Assembly (NCBI GenBank): GCA_964369225.1
Contig: CAYJER010000005.1
Coordinates: 14,396 to 78,395 of the forward strand
Reading direction: 5' to 3'
DNA: 64,000 nucleotides
Origin: an uncultured Eubacteriales bacterium
GTDB taxonomy: Bacteria; Bacillota; Clostridia; Oscillospirales; Acutalibacteraceae
Of the stretch, positions 1 through 7,933 are shown in pieces (position 1 is the stretch's first letter; the number at the start of each line of letters is the position of its first letter). The position numbers were made by a program, and so were the translations under genes. The notes under the pieces are model-generated. The model searched no databases. It was not told the origin of the DNA and saw only the letters and a list, made by a program, of their open reading frames with translations.

Positions 1-270
1 CTTACGGCAGAGGTCCTAGCGGCGAAATTTGGAAACTTGAAGATCAAATTTTTGATCTAATCAACATGTGTTTACCAATATTATCAGATAACCCATTGTT
101 TTTCATTTTAAATTCATACACAACGGGTCTTTCACCATCCGTTATGTCATATCTGTTAGGCGTTCTAGTAGGCAAAAAATACGGCGGAACAGTAAGTGCC
201 GATGAAATCGGTCTAAAAGTAACCGAAACAGGTCTCACCCTCCCATGCGGTTCAACCGCCATGTGGGTCA

Positions 271-372
271 GTCGGTAAGCACCGGTCGGTAAGCACCGAC
301 AGGCAAAGTCGCACACATAATCCGCAATAATTTTAATGTTTATCGCCTGCGTCCAACTTTAATTAAAATAAT
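271..372. repeat. Mosaic intergenic repeat module. A tandem 14-nt hairpin unit (GTCGGTAAGCACCG x2) is followed by a conserved TCGCACAC...CCTGCG.CCAACTTTAAT block. A second copy lies at 32283-32396.
   Basis: By-eye alignment of 302-372 with 32340-32410 shows the same block order and a majority of identical positions. Both copies are preceded by tandemly duplicated small hairpins with different stem sequences. Confidence 0.5.
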
Positions 373-379
373 CACTATA

Positions 380-535
380 TGTAGGGGCGACCTGTGGTCG
401 TCCTAAATTTTAGTAAAAATTAATTAAAACACACAAACTACTGTAGGGGACGGCGTCCTCGACGTCCCGAAAAAACTAGGAAAAACCACAGACTTCCAGG
501 CGGATAATATCCGCCCCTACATAACTCCCCTACAC
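380..535. repeat. Composite REP-like hairpin cluster. Heads TGTAGGGG at 380 and 442; tails CCCCTACA at 515-522 and 527-534.
   Basis: Order of parts: arm TGTAGGGGCGACCTGTGGTCGTCC, a conserved AT-rich linker, arm TGTAGGGGACGGCGTCCTCGACGTCCC, a conserved loop GAAAAAACTAG.., then arm GGCGGATAATATCCGCCCCTACA. The two inner arms belong to different stem classes. Confidence 0.8.
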
Positions 536-618
536 AACTTTATTTAAAATTCGACGTCCTACTTTTGTGGGACGTTTTTATATTTATCTTCCTAAAAAAT
601 TCTATTTTACAAAATTCC

Positions 619-647
619 TTGCATTTATACCGAAAAATTGTTATACT
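619..647 (+). promoter_or_regulatory. Sigma-A type promoter candidate for parE (TTGCAT-17 nt-TATACT)
   Basis: Hexamers at 619-624 and 642-647 with a 17-nt spacer, about 30 nt upstream of the parE start. Confidence 0.4.
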
Positions 648-679
648 ATAGTCTATGAATAAATTTAAGGATTGATATA

Positions 680-2659
680 ATGGCTAAAAAGCAAGAATAC
701 GGTAATGAGAGTATTTCAAGCCTAAAAGGTGCTGCCAGGGTTAGAACAAGACCCGCTGTTATCTTTGGTTCAGATGGTCTTGATGGTTGTAGACATACAA
801 TTTTCGAGATACTTTCTAACTCTATAGACGAAGCTAGACAAGGACACGGCGACAAAATCTATATCACACGATACGAGGATAACTCTGTCGAGATAGAAGA
901 CTTTGGGCGTGGTGTTCCTGTTGATTATAATATAAAAGAAGAACGCTACAACTGGGAGCTTGTCTTCTGTGAACTTTACGCTGGCGGAAAATACAACAAT
1001 AATTCAGATAATAACTATCAATATTCACTAGGTCTTAATGGTTTAGGTCTTTGTGCTACACAGTACTCCTCTGAATATATGGACGTTGACATTCGCCGTG
1101 ACGGTTTTAAATATACTCTTCACTTTGAAAAAGGTGAAATCGCAAGCGACATGATAAAAGAGCCTTACACTAAAAAGGATACAGGCACTAAAATTAAATG
1201 GAGACCAGACCTAGACGTTTTCACAGACATTGCAGTCCCTGCCTCTGACTATGAAGACATGATAAAAAGACAGGCAATTGTAAACGCTGGAATTACAATC
1301 AGGTTTAGAAATCAAGTTAAAAATAAATTCGAGACTAAAGAATTTTGTTATCCTAACGGAATTATGGATCACTTAAAAGAGCTTGTTGGCGAAAATTATA
1401 TATCCGCCCCTAGACTTTGGACAAGCGAGAAACAAGTTAAAGACAGAGCCGACATGGATTTATACAACGTTAAAATAAATGTTGCAGTCGCCTTTTCTAA
1501 CTTAGTCAACAACACAGAGTATTACCATAACTCTAGTTACCTTGAGTACGGCGGTGTGCCTGACAAGGCTGTTAGAAATGCCTTTGTTTACCAAATCGAC
1601 TCTTATATAAAGCAGACTAATAAATATACTAAGTCTGAAAGCAAGATTACTTATCAAGATGTTGAAGACTGCCTAGCAGTTGTGATATCCTCTTTCTCTA
1701 CACAAACTTCTTACGAAAACCAAACTAAAAAGGCAATCACAAACAAGGGTATTCAAGATGCCATGGTCGAAATGCTAAGGCATAATCTTGAAGTCTATTT
1801 TATAGAAAATCCATTAGAGGCAGAGCAAATTGCAAATCAGGTGCTTGTTAATAAAAGAAGCCGTGAAAATGCAGAAAAAACAAGGCTTAATCTTAAATCT
1901 AAACTAACAGGCAAAATGGATATAAGCAATAGAGTTGCTAAATTTGTAGATTGCAGAACAAAAAAGGTTGAAGACCGTGAGATTTTTATAGTTGAGGGTG
2001 ACTCGGCTCTTGGCGCTTGTAAGCAGGCTAGAGACCCAGATTTTCAGGCGATTATGCCAATTAGAGGTAAGATACTTAACTGTCTTAAGGCTGACTATGA
2101 CAGAATTTTTAAAAGTGACATTATTGTAGATCTTATGAAAGTTTTAGGCTGTGGCGTTCAAGTAAAATCAAAGTCTAACAAGAATTTATCTGACTTTGAC
2201 ATGAGCGCTTTGCGTTGGAATAAAGTTATTTTATGTACCGATGCTGATTACGACGGCTTCCAAATTAGAACTCTTCTATTAACAATGCTCTACAGGCTAA
2301 CTCCAGAGCTTATTACAGCTGGAAAAGTATATATAGCTGAGTCTCCACTATACGAGATAAACGACAAAGACAATAGCTATTTTGCCTATACAGAAAAAGA
2401 AAAAGAAGAAATTTTAAGCAAATTACAGGGCAAAAAATACAGTATTCAACGTTCTAAAGGACTAGGTGAAAATGAACCTGAAATGATGAATTTAACGACC
2501 ATGAACCCTAACACTAGAAGACTTATTAAGGTTCAATCAACCGATATTAGTGAAGCTGCCGACACATTCGACCTATTTTTAGGCGATAATTTAGCTGGCA
2601 GAAAAGATTATATAGCCGAAAATGGTAGCCTATATTTAGACGATTTAGACATTTCATAA
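680..2659 (+). CDS. parE: Type IIA topoisomerase ATPase subunit B, most likely topoisomerase IV ParE
   Basis: 659 aa. GHKL and TOPRIM motifs are present (EILSNSIDEA, EGDSA, PIRGKILN, DADYDG). It is paired with a ParC-like subunit that lacks a GyrA box. Confidence 0.8.
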   Translation: MAKKQEYGNESISSLKGAARVRTRPAVIFGSDGLDGCRHTIFEILSNSIDEARQGHGDKIYITRYEDNSVEIEDFGRGVPVDYNIKEERYNWELVFCELYAGGKYNNNSDNNYQYSLGLNGLGLCATQYSSEYMDVDIRRDGFKYTLHFEKGEIASDMIKEPYTKKDTGTKIKWRPDLDVFTDIAVPASDYEDMIKRQAIVNAGITIRFRNQVKNKFETKEFCYPNGIMDHLKELVGENYISAPRLWTSEKQVKDRADMDLYNVKINVAVAFSNLVNNTEYYHNSSYLEYGGVPDKAVRNAFVYQIDSYIKQTNKYTKSESKITYQDVEDCLAVVISSFSTQTSYENQTKKAITNKGIQDAMVEMLRHNLEVYFIENPLEAEQIANQVLVNKRSRENAEKTRLNLKSKLTGKMDISNRVAKFVDCRTKKVEDREIFIVEGDSALGACKQARDPDFQAIMPIRGKILNCLKADYDRIFKSDIIVDLMKVLGCGVQVKSKSNKNLSDFDMSALRWNKVILCTDADYDGFQIRTLLLTMLYRLTPELITAGKVYIAESPLYEINDKDNSYFAYTEKEKEEILSKLQGKKYSIQRSKGLGENEPEMMNLTTMNPNTRRLIKVQSTDISEAADTFDLFLGDNLAGRKDYIAENGSLYLDDLDIS

Positions 2660-2669
2660 AGGAGTAGCA

Positions 2670-4889
2670 ATGGCGAGAAGAAAAACCGAAAAAAAGAGCA
2701 ACCCAAAGGCAATAATTAGCGGAGCTGGAATTGTCTTAGAACAAGATATTAACGATACACTGCGTGACAACTTCATGCCATACGCCATGAGTGTTATATA
2801 TTCACGTGCAATCCCTGAAATTGACGGCTTTAAGCCATCTCACAGAAAATTATTGTACACCATGTACAAAATGGGTTTATTAGGAAATCAAAGAACCAAA
2901 AGTGCAAATATTGTCGGACAAACCATGAAACTTAATCCTCATGGCGACTCTGCAATTTACGAAACTATGGTAAGGCTTAGCCGTGGCTATGAGGCTTTAC
3001 TTCACCCTTATGTAGACTCAAAGGGTAATTTTGGTAAATTTTATTCACGTGATATGGCATGTGCTGCCTCAAGATATACCGAGGCAAAACTTGACTCATT
3101 ATGCAAAGAACTTTTCAAAGACATTGACAAAGACACAGTAGACTTTGTAGACAACTATGACAATACAATGAAAGAGCCTAGCCTACTTCCAGCTACATTT
3201 CCAAGTGTGCTTGTAAATGCAAACACAGGAATTGCAGTTGGAATGGCAAGTTCTATCTGTCCATTTAACCTAACAGAAATTTGCGAGACAACAATTGCAA
3301 TTATGCGTGATGAAAATGCAGATGTTTTAAACACTCTGCAAGCGCCTGACTTCCCTGGCGGTGGATTTATCATCTATGATCAAAAGGCAATTGAGCAAAT
3401 TTATTCTACTGGTAGAGGTAGTATAAAACTCCGTTGTAAATATAGCTTTGATAAATCTGCAAACTGTATAGATATAACAGAAATTCCGCCTACTACAAAT
3501 TCAGAAGTTATAGTAGAAAAGGTTGTAGACCTTGTAAAAACAGGCAAGATTAAAGATATTTCAGATATAAGAGACGAAACAGGACTTGCAGGACTTAAAC
3601 TTACTATAGACCTTAAAAGAGGTGTAGACCCTGACAAGCTTATGCAAAGGCTATACAAACTTACAACTTTAGAAGATACATTCTCTTGCAACTTTAATGT
3701 ACTTGTAGCTGGTGCTCCACGAGTTTTAGGCGTAAAAGCACTCTTAGAAGAGTGGATTGCCTTTAGAATTGAATGTGTTAGAAGAAGAACGCATTTTGAC
3801 CTTACAAAGAAAAAAGATAAACTTCACCTATTATTAGGTCTTAAAGAAATTCTTTTAGACATCGACAAGGCTATAAAAATAGTTAGAGAGACCAAAGAAG
3901 AATCTGAAGTTATACCAAACCTTATGATAGGTTTTGGAATTGACGAAATTCAAGCAGATTATGTCGCTGAAATTAAACTTCGTAATCTTAACAGAGAATT
4001 TATCCTAAAAAGAATTGACGAGATTGACAGTCTAAAAAAAGAGATAGACAATCTTGAAAGTATTCTAAAATCAAAGACAAAAGTTAAAAATATAATTATT
4101 AAAGAGTTAAACGAGGTAGCCAAAAATTACGGTAAGCCTAGACGCAGTATGCTTGTATTTGCAGATGAACTAGAAGAAGATATTGTAGTAGAGGAAATTC
4201 CTGACTACCCTGTAAACCTATTCTTTTCAAAAGAGGGATACTTTAAAAAGATTACACCTCAATCATTAAGAATGAGTTCAGAACATAAATTAAAGGAAGA
4301 AGACGAGATAATCTTACAATTAGAGTCAAGCAACGCAACAGATTTACTCTTCTTCTCACAAAAATCACAGGTCTACAAGTCAAGAGTATCAGAGTTTGCA
4401 GACACAAAGGCATCAGTTTTAGGTGACTATGTTCCAGCAAAACTTCAAATGGAAGACGGAGAAACCGCAATTCAGATGACTGTAACAAAGGACTACAGCG
4501 GATTTATGATATTTGTGTTTGAGAATGGAAAGGTAGCAAAAGTAGAGCTTTCAGCGTATCAAACTAAGACAAACAGAAAAAAACTGCTAAATGCCTATAA
4601 TGCTAACAGTGCTATTGTATCAATTATCCACATGACAGAAGACTCAAAGCTTCTTTTGACAGCCTCATCGGGCAGAATGTTAATTTTTAGCACAGATTTA
4701 ATAGCAACTAAAACCACAAAAAACACACAAGGAGTAGCTGCAATGACACTTAAAAAAGGACATAGAGTAATTTCGGCTACTGTCTATGAAAACGGAACTT
4801 TCTCAAACGAAAACCGATTTAATAAAAAGATCCCAGCCACAGGCGCCCTGCCAAACGGACAAGAAACAGCCTCACAAACTATGCTATAA
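2670..4889 (+). CDS. parC: Type IIA topoisomerase subunit A, most likely topoisomerase IV ParC
   Basis: 739 aa. Motifs GFKPSHRKLLY and the catalytic Tyr context AASRYTEAKL. The C-terminal domain is short and has no QRRGGKG GyrA box. Confidence 0.8.
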   Translation: MARRKTEKKSNPKAIISGAGIVLEQDINDTLRDNFMPYAMSVIYSRAIPEIDGFKPSHRKLLYTMYKMGLLGNQRTKSANIVGQTMKLNPHGDSAIYETMVRLSRGYEALLHPYVDSKGNFGKFYSRDMACAASRYTEAKLDSLCKELFKDIDKDTVDFVDNYDNTMKEPSLLPATFPSVLVNANTGIAVGMASSICPFNLTEICETTIAIMRDENADVLNTLQAPDFPGGGFIIYDQKAIEQIYSTGRGSIKLRCKYSFDKSANCIDITEIPPTTNSEVIVEKVVDLVKTGKIKDISDIRDETGLAGLKLTIDLKRGVDPDKLMQRLYKLTTLEDTFSCNFNVLVAGAPRVLGVKALLEEWIAFRIECVRRRTHFDLTKKKDKLHLLLGLKEILLDIDKAIKIVRETKEESEVIPNLMIGFGIDEIQADYVAEIKLRNLNREFILKRIDEIDSLKKEIDNLESILKSKTKVKNIIIKELNEVAKNYGKPRRSMLVFADELEEDIVVEEIPDYPVNLFFSKEGYFKKITPQSLRMSSEHKLKEEDEIILQLESSNATDLLFFSQKSQVYKSRVSEFADTKASVLGDYVPAKLQMEDGETAIQMTVTKDYSGFMIFVFENGKVAKVELSAYQTKTNRKKLLNAYNANSAIVSIIHMTEDSKLLLTASSGRMLIFSTDLIATKTTKNTQGVAAMTLKKGHRVISATVYENGTFSNENRFNKKIPATGALPNGQETASQTML

Positions 4890-4919
4890 ATAATTTAAAT
4901 TCATTAAAACACGACCTAT

Positions 4920-4995
4920 TGTAGGGGCGACCTTTGGTCGTCTTAAGGTTTGCAATAACTTCTAGTTTCGGGCGGTCACACAGGACCGCCCCTAC
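4920..4995. repeat. REPIN-like inverted doublet (stem classes GCGACCTTTGGTCGTC and GCGGTCCTGTGTGACCGC)
   Basis: TGTAGGGG head at 4920 and CCCCTAC tail ending at 4995. The loop is homologous to the loops of other copies (reverse complement GAAACTAGAAGTTATTGCAAACC). Confidence 0.75.
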
Positions 4996-5030
4996 TATTT
5001 TGTAAACTTCAAAGCTTAATATTTTAACCA

Positions 5031-5109
5031 TGTAGGGGACGGGTTTTCCGTCCCGAAAAACTAGCGGTTTTAGCTAAATTCCCACGGGACGGAAAACCCG
5101 TCCCCTACA
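5031..5109. repeat. REPIN-like element, class I (79 nt), with 25-bp perfect inverted arms TGTAGGGGACGGGTTTTCCGTCCCG
   Basis: Arms lie at 5031-5055 and 5085-5109 around a loop GAAAAACTAGCGGTTTTAGCTAAATTCCCAC. Near-identical 79-nt copies lie at 25730-25808 and 45861-45939, and a degenerate copy at 43182-43259. Confidence 0.9.
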
Positions 5110-5112
5110 TGC

Positions 5113-6678
5113 TTAATTTTCTAGTATACACTTACTAAAAACTCCTACAACCACAAAAAAACCTACGACATTAAGCCGTAGGTTTTTAATTAAATAAAGA
5201 AATATTGGTGGAGCACCAGCCTTCAAATCCGAAACATTTTCCATATCACTTAATGATAGTGTCTGCAATCCCTCTTTATAATTAAATGTAAAAGCAATTT
5301 TATCATCATAAAGATAAATGCTATTAACAAAGCTATCAATTAACCTCTGCTTTTGTTCATAGTGCGAAACATCTGTATTTCTAAACTTTTCTAGCCAAAA
5401 TTGTATTTGCTCTTTTGTGAGCATTGGCTTTTGCATTTCTTCATTGATTAGTAAAACTTCAAGCTCGCTTTTTCGGTTTTCTAATTCTTCTAATCTTTGC
5501 TTGGTAGAAGAAGTTAGCACACCTGCTTGTATAGCATTGAGCATATTTTCTACCCCACGATTAACTTCATCAATCTGTTTTTTAAGAAGTGGCAAGGTAG
5601 TATTTTCTTTTTTCTGCAAATCAAAGAGCATATCTGTGAGTTTTAAAATAACTGTATCGTCCATAAGCATATCCATTGTCTTTTTAACAACAATATCCTC
5701 AATCCACGCTTTGCGAACAGATTTTTTATCACAAGTTTTTCGCCTTTTTGCATTGCCACATTTGTAATACTGATGAAATGCACCATGTCTACCAGTGCCA
5801 CTTTCACCAATCATAAACGAACCACACTTGCCACAAAATAATTTAGTGGTAAGGAGATAAAATTCTTCTTTAGCTTTTGCTCTTGCAGGAGCTTTTTTGT
5901 TTTTCGCTAATCGCTCCCCCACTCTCTCAAATAATTCAATAGGCACAATTTGTGGTATGCCATTTTCGTGTAATACATCACAATATTTGTATTCACCAAT
6001 ATATCTACGATTTTTCAAAAGTCGTTTTGCAACATCGAATTTCACTGGTTGATTATTGCGATTTGTGATACCATTTGCATTAAGGTAATCAATAATGTCT
6101 TTAATATTTCCACCCTCTGAATATCGTTTAAAGGCTTCTAAAACTACTGGTGCAGTTAGTGGGTCAATCTGAAAATGTTGCTCATCATCAATGGTATAAC
6201 CTAAAGGCACACCACCACCATTATATTTACACTTTAGTGCATTTTCTGTAAGTCCTCTAGTGATTTTTTCTGATAACTCAACGGAATAAAACTCGGCATA
6301 ACCCTCAAGCAAACTTTCAAGTAATATACCTGTGCTGTCATCTGAAATTCTTTCGGTAACCGATAAAACTTTGACACCATTCTTACGTAAAATAGCTTTG
6401 TTGTGAGCAGAGTCGTAGCGATTTCTAGCGAACCTATCAAGTTTCCAAACAAGCACAACATCAAATAATTGTTTGTTGCTATCTCTAATCATTCGCTGAA
6501 ATTCTGGACGATTATCAGTCTTAGCTGACATAGCTCTATCGATATAAGTAGTTAAAATTGTAATGCCATTTTTCTCAGCATACTCTTTACATTCTCGAAG
6601 TTGCCCCTCAATACTTTCTTCTCTTTGGTTGTCCGAGCTGTAACGTGCATATATAACACCCTTGATAGTATTCACCAC
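5113..6678 (-). CDS. Large serine recombinase (resolvase catalytic domain, recombinase domain, zinc ribbon, coiled coil)
   Basis: 521 aa. N-terminal YARYSSDNQ and VWKLDRFARN; a zinc ribbon CGKCGS...YYKCGN; a C-terminal coiled coil. The last ~30 codons run through a terminator hairpin and may not be native. Confidence 0.85.
   Translation of the reverse strand: MVNTIKGVIYARYSSDNQREESIEGQLRECKEYAEKNGITILTTYIDRAMSAKTDNRPEFQRMIRDSNKQLFDVVLVWKLDRFARNRYDSAHNKAILRKNGVKVLSVTERISDDSTGILLESLLEGYAEFYSVELSEKITRGLTENALKCKYNGGGVPLGYTIDDEQHFQIDPLTAPVVLEAFKRYSEGGNIKDIIDYLNANGITNRNNQPVKFDVAKRLLKNRRYIGEYKYCDVLHENGIPQIVPIELFERVGERLAKNKKAPARAKAKEEFYLLTTKLFCGKCGSFMIGESGTGRHGAFHQYYKCGNAKRRKTCDKKSVRKAWIEDIVVKKTMDMLMDDTVILKLTDMLFDLQKKENTTLPLLKKQIDEVNRGVENMLNAIQAGVLTSSTKQRLEELENRKSELEVLLINEEMQKPMLTKEQIQFWLEKFRNTDVSHYEQKQRLIDSFVNSIYLYDDKIAFTFNYKEGLQTLSLSDMENVSDLKAGAPPIFLYLIKNLRLNVVGFFVVVGVFSKCILEN
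5154..5187. terminator. Bidirectional intrinsic terminator (CCTACG-9 nt-CGTAGG, flanked by an A-run and a T-run)
   Basis: The hairpin has a 7-U tail on the minus strand and a 5-U tail on the plus strand. It lies inside the annotated 3' end of the recombinase ORF. Confidence 0.6.
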
Positions 6679-6700
6679 CCTTTCGAATTGATTTAGTTTG

Positions 6701-7243
6701 CTAAAACATATTACTTTTATTGATTAAATAATAGTTCATATCACTCAGAACGTCTTCAAACTGTTCATAGTTCGTGATAGTGAATTTTAAAATATCTTGC
6801 ACATTGCAAGGCAGGATTAATGTTGGATTGTTGCATACAGGACATAGAGCAGAATTGTTGTTATCTTTTTTAATTCTATTTGAAACATCGAAAACTTCAA
6901 TACAGTTATAACAACCACATATTTTACTTTTCTCAAAATCTAATTTATTATTAATACAAGTATGTTTTAATTTTTTATATATTGTTTTTATCTCAGAAAA
7001 CTCTTTTTTTCTTGAAATCTCAACTGCACAAATAATGTTTTTTTCTTTTTTGAAATCTTCTCTCGTTATACTGCCACTATCTCTAAGTGCTTTAAGAGCA
7101 TTCCATTTCTCGTTTCTAATATTTATCCGTTCCTGTTCTTCTTCGTTTTCAATGTACGCCATATCAAACTTATCCATACCACAGGAAATAGCATCAAGCC
7201 TTTCATCGGCAGATAGTTCCCATAGGAAATCCCAGTCACTCAT
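6701..7243 (-). CDS. Hypothetical protein with a C-terminal Cys4 zinc-ribbon-like motif
   Basis: 180 aa. CGCYNC...(18 aa)...CPVC. It lies between the XRE regulator and the recombinase, with 22-24 nt gaps that suggest one operon. Confidence 0.5.
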   Translation of the reverse strand: MSDWDFLWELSADERLDAISCGMDKFDMAYIENEEEQERINIRNEKWNALKALRDSGSITREDFKKEKNIICAVEISRKKEFSEIKTIYKKLKHTCINNKLDFEKSKICGCYNCIEVFDVSNRIKKDNNNSALCPVCNNPTLILPCNVQDILKFTITNYEQFEDVLSDMNYYLINKSNMF

Positions 7244-7267
7244 TTTTGTACCTGCTTTCTATTATTT

Positions 7268-7621
7268 TCATTCTTTTTTCTCTAACATTTCAAATAAAGT
7301 TTGCTTCAATCTATCATTCATAGCCGAGTTTGGGTCGAAGCACATTTCAATAAATTCTTTAAGCTCTGGGTGACTTTTTTCGAGTTTTGGTTTGCACTCA
7401 AATTCCGCACCTTTCGGATTTTCTGTTCTTCCATAAATGTAGTCAAGCGATACATCAAAGAACTCTGCATACTTCAAAAGTGTTTCACAAGATGGCTCAC
7501 TTTGTTCATTTTCATAACGATTAACTGCACCGATTTTTATACCTAAAGCTTCTGCCATTTTCGTTTGTGATAGATTTATTTTACTTCTTAACTCTCGTAA
7601 TCTCTGTGCTACAATTTCCAT
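7268..7621 (-). CDS. XRE-family helix-turn-helix transcriptional regulator
   Basis: 117 aa with an N-terminal HTH (LSQTKMAEALGIKIGAVNRYENEQSEP). Confidence 0.8.
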   Translation of the reverse strand: MEIVAQRLRELRSKINLSQTKMAEALGIKIGAVNRYENEQSEPSCETLLKYAEFFDVSLDYIYGRTENPKGAEFECKPKLEKSHPELKEFIEMCFDPNSAMNDRLKQTLFEMLEKKE

Positions 7622-7651
7622 TTCATCACCTCTCGTTGCTTTGATTTTCTA

Positions 7652-7686
7652 TTTATAATTTTAGCACAAATTATAAAACTTGTCAA
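7652..7686 (-). promoter_or_regulatory. Promoter (TTGACA-17 nt-TAAAAT with a TG extension) overlapped by a perfect 10-bp inverted repeat, a candidate operator
   Basis: On the minus strand the -35 is at 7686-7681 and the -10 at 7663-7658. The inverted repeat TTTATAATTT-6 nt-AAATTATAAA spans 7652-7677. Confidence 0.5.
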
Positions 7687-7716
7687 TCAAAAAACAAGAA
7701 AGATAAAACACAAAAA

Positions 7717-7764
7717 ACGAGAAAATTTATCTCGAAATTTTCATAAGAGATAAAATTTTCTCGT
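7717..7764. terminator. AT-rich 17-bp inverted repeat with U-tracts on both strands, a likely terminator of the mcrBC-Shedu-like operon
   Basis: ACGAGAAAATTTATCTC (7717-7733) pairs with GAGATAAAATTTTCTCGT (7747-7764). On the minus strand it is followed by TTTTTTG. Confidence 0.5.
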
Positions 7765-7783
7765 AATTTTTTAGCACTGTTTC

Positions 7784-7930
7784 AGTGCGTGGCTTCCACA
7801 ATTTATTGTGGGGTTTTAGGGTTTGGGATGCGTCCCAACAAGCGAGCAAGTAGGTGTGTGGGTGACCACACGCCCTGCTTGCTCGGCAAGAGTGTGTAGC
7901 CACTTGCCCTGCTTGCTAAGTTTGCAAGTC
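7784..7930. other. GC-rich multi-hairpin non-coding segment (function unknown)
   Basis: At least five consecutive hairpins, for example GCACT-5-AGTGC, CCACAAT-2-ATTGTGG, TGGGA-4-TCCCA and GAGCAAG...GTGTGG-4-CCACAC...CTTGCTC. A direct repeat GCCCTGCTTGCT occurs at 7872-7883 and 7906-7917. The local GC content is far above the flanks. Confidence 0.5.
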
Positions 7931-7933
7931 AAA

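Noticed and set aside
1-316. Possible 5' end of a group II intron on the minus strand (GTGTGCGAC at 316-308 resembles the GUGYG start, followed by GC-rich structured sequence).
   Set aside because: The TCGCACAC block is part of a repeat module that recurs at 32340-32410 inside the phage element, with no intron-like sequence there. I found no domain V-like 34-nt hairpin and no maturase ORF. The similarity is limited to a pentamer.
44-316. Track ORFs 44..316(-) and 66..278(+) as protein-coding genes.
   Set aside because: They overlap each other on opposite strands, cover hairpin and repeat sequence, and have no RBS or recognisable motifs. Their composition (Pro/Arg/Gly-rich) is typical of translating GC-rich structured DNA.
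5205-5237. A tRNA gene fragment at the left island junction (GGTGCTCCACCA on the minus strand looks like an acceptor end).
   Set aside because: Upstream sequence does not form a T-arm (no GTTCGAATC-like loop or complementary stem). Only 9 nt are shared with tRNA-Ala, so I treat it as a possible att core rather than a tRNA remnant.
7717-7764. The 17-bp AT-rich inverted repeat as an operator for the XRE regulator.
   Set aside because: It is ~100 nt upstream of the promoter and is followed by U-runs on both strands, so a bidirectional terminator is the simpler reading. The 10-bp palindrome overlapping the -10 (7652-7677) is the better operator candidate.
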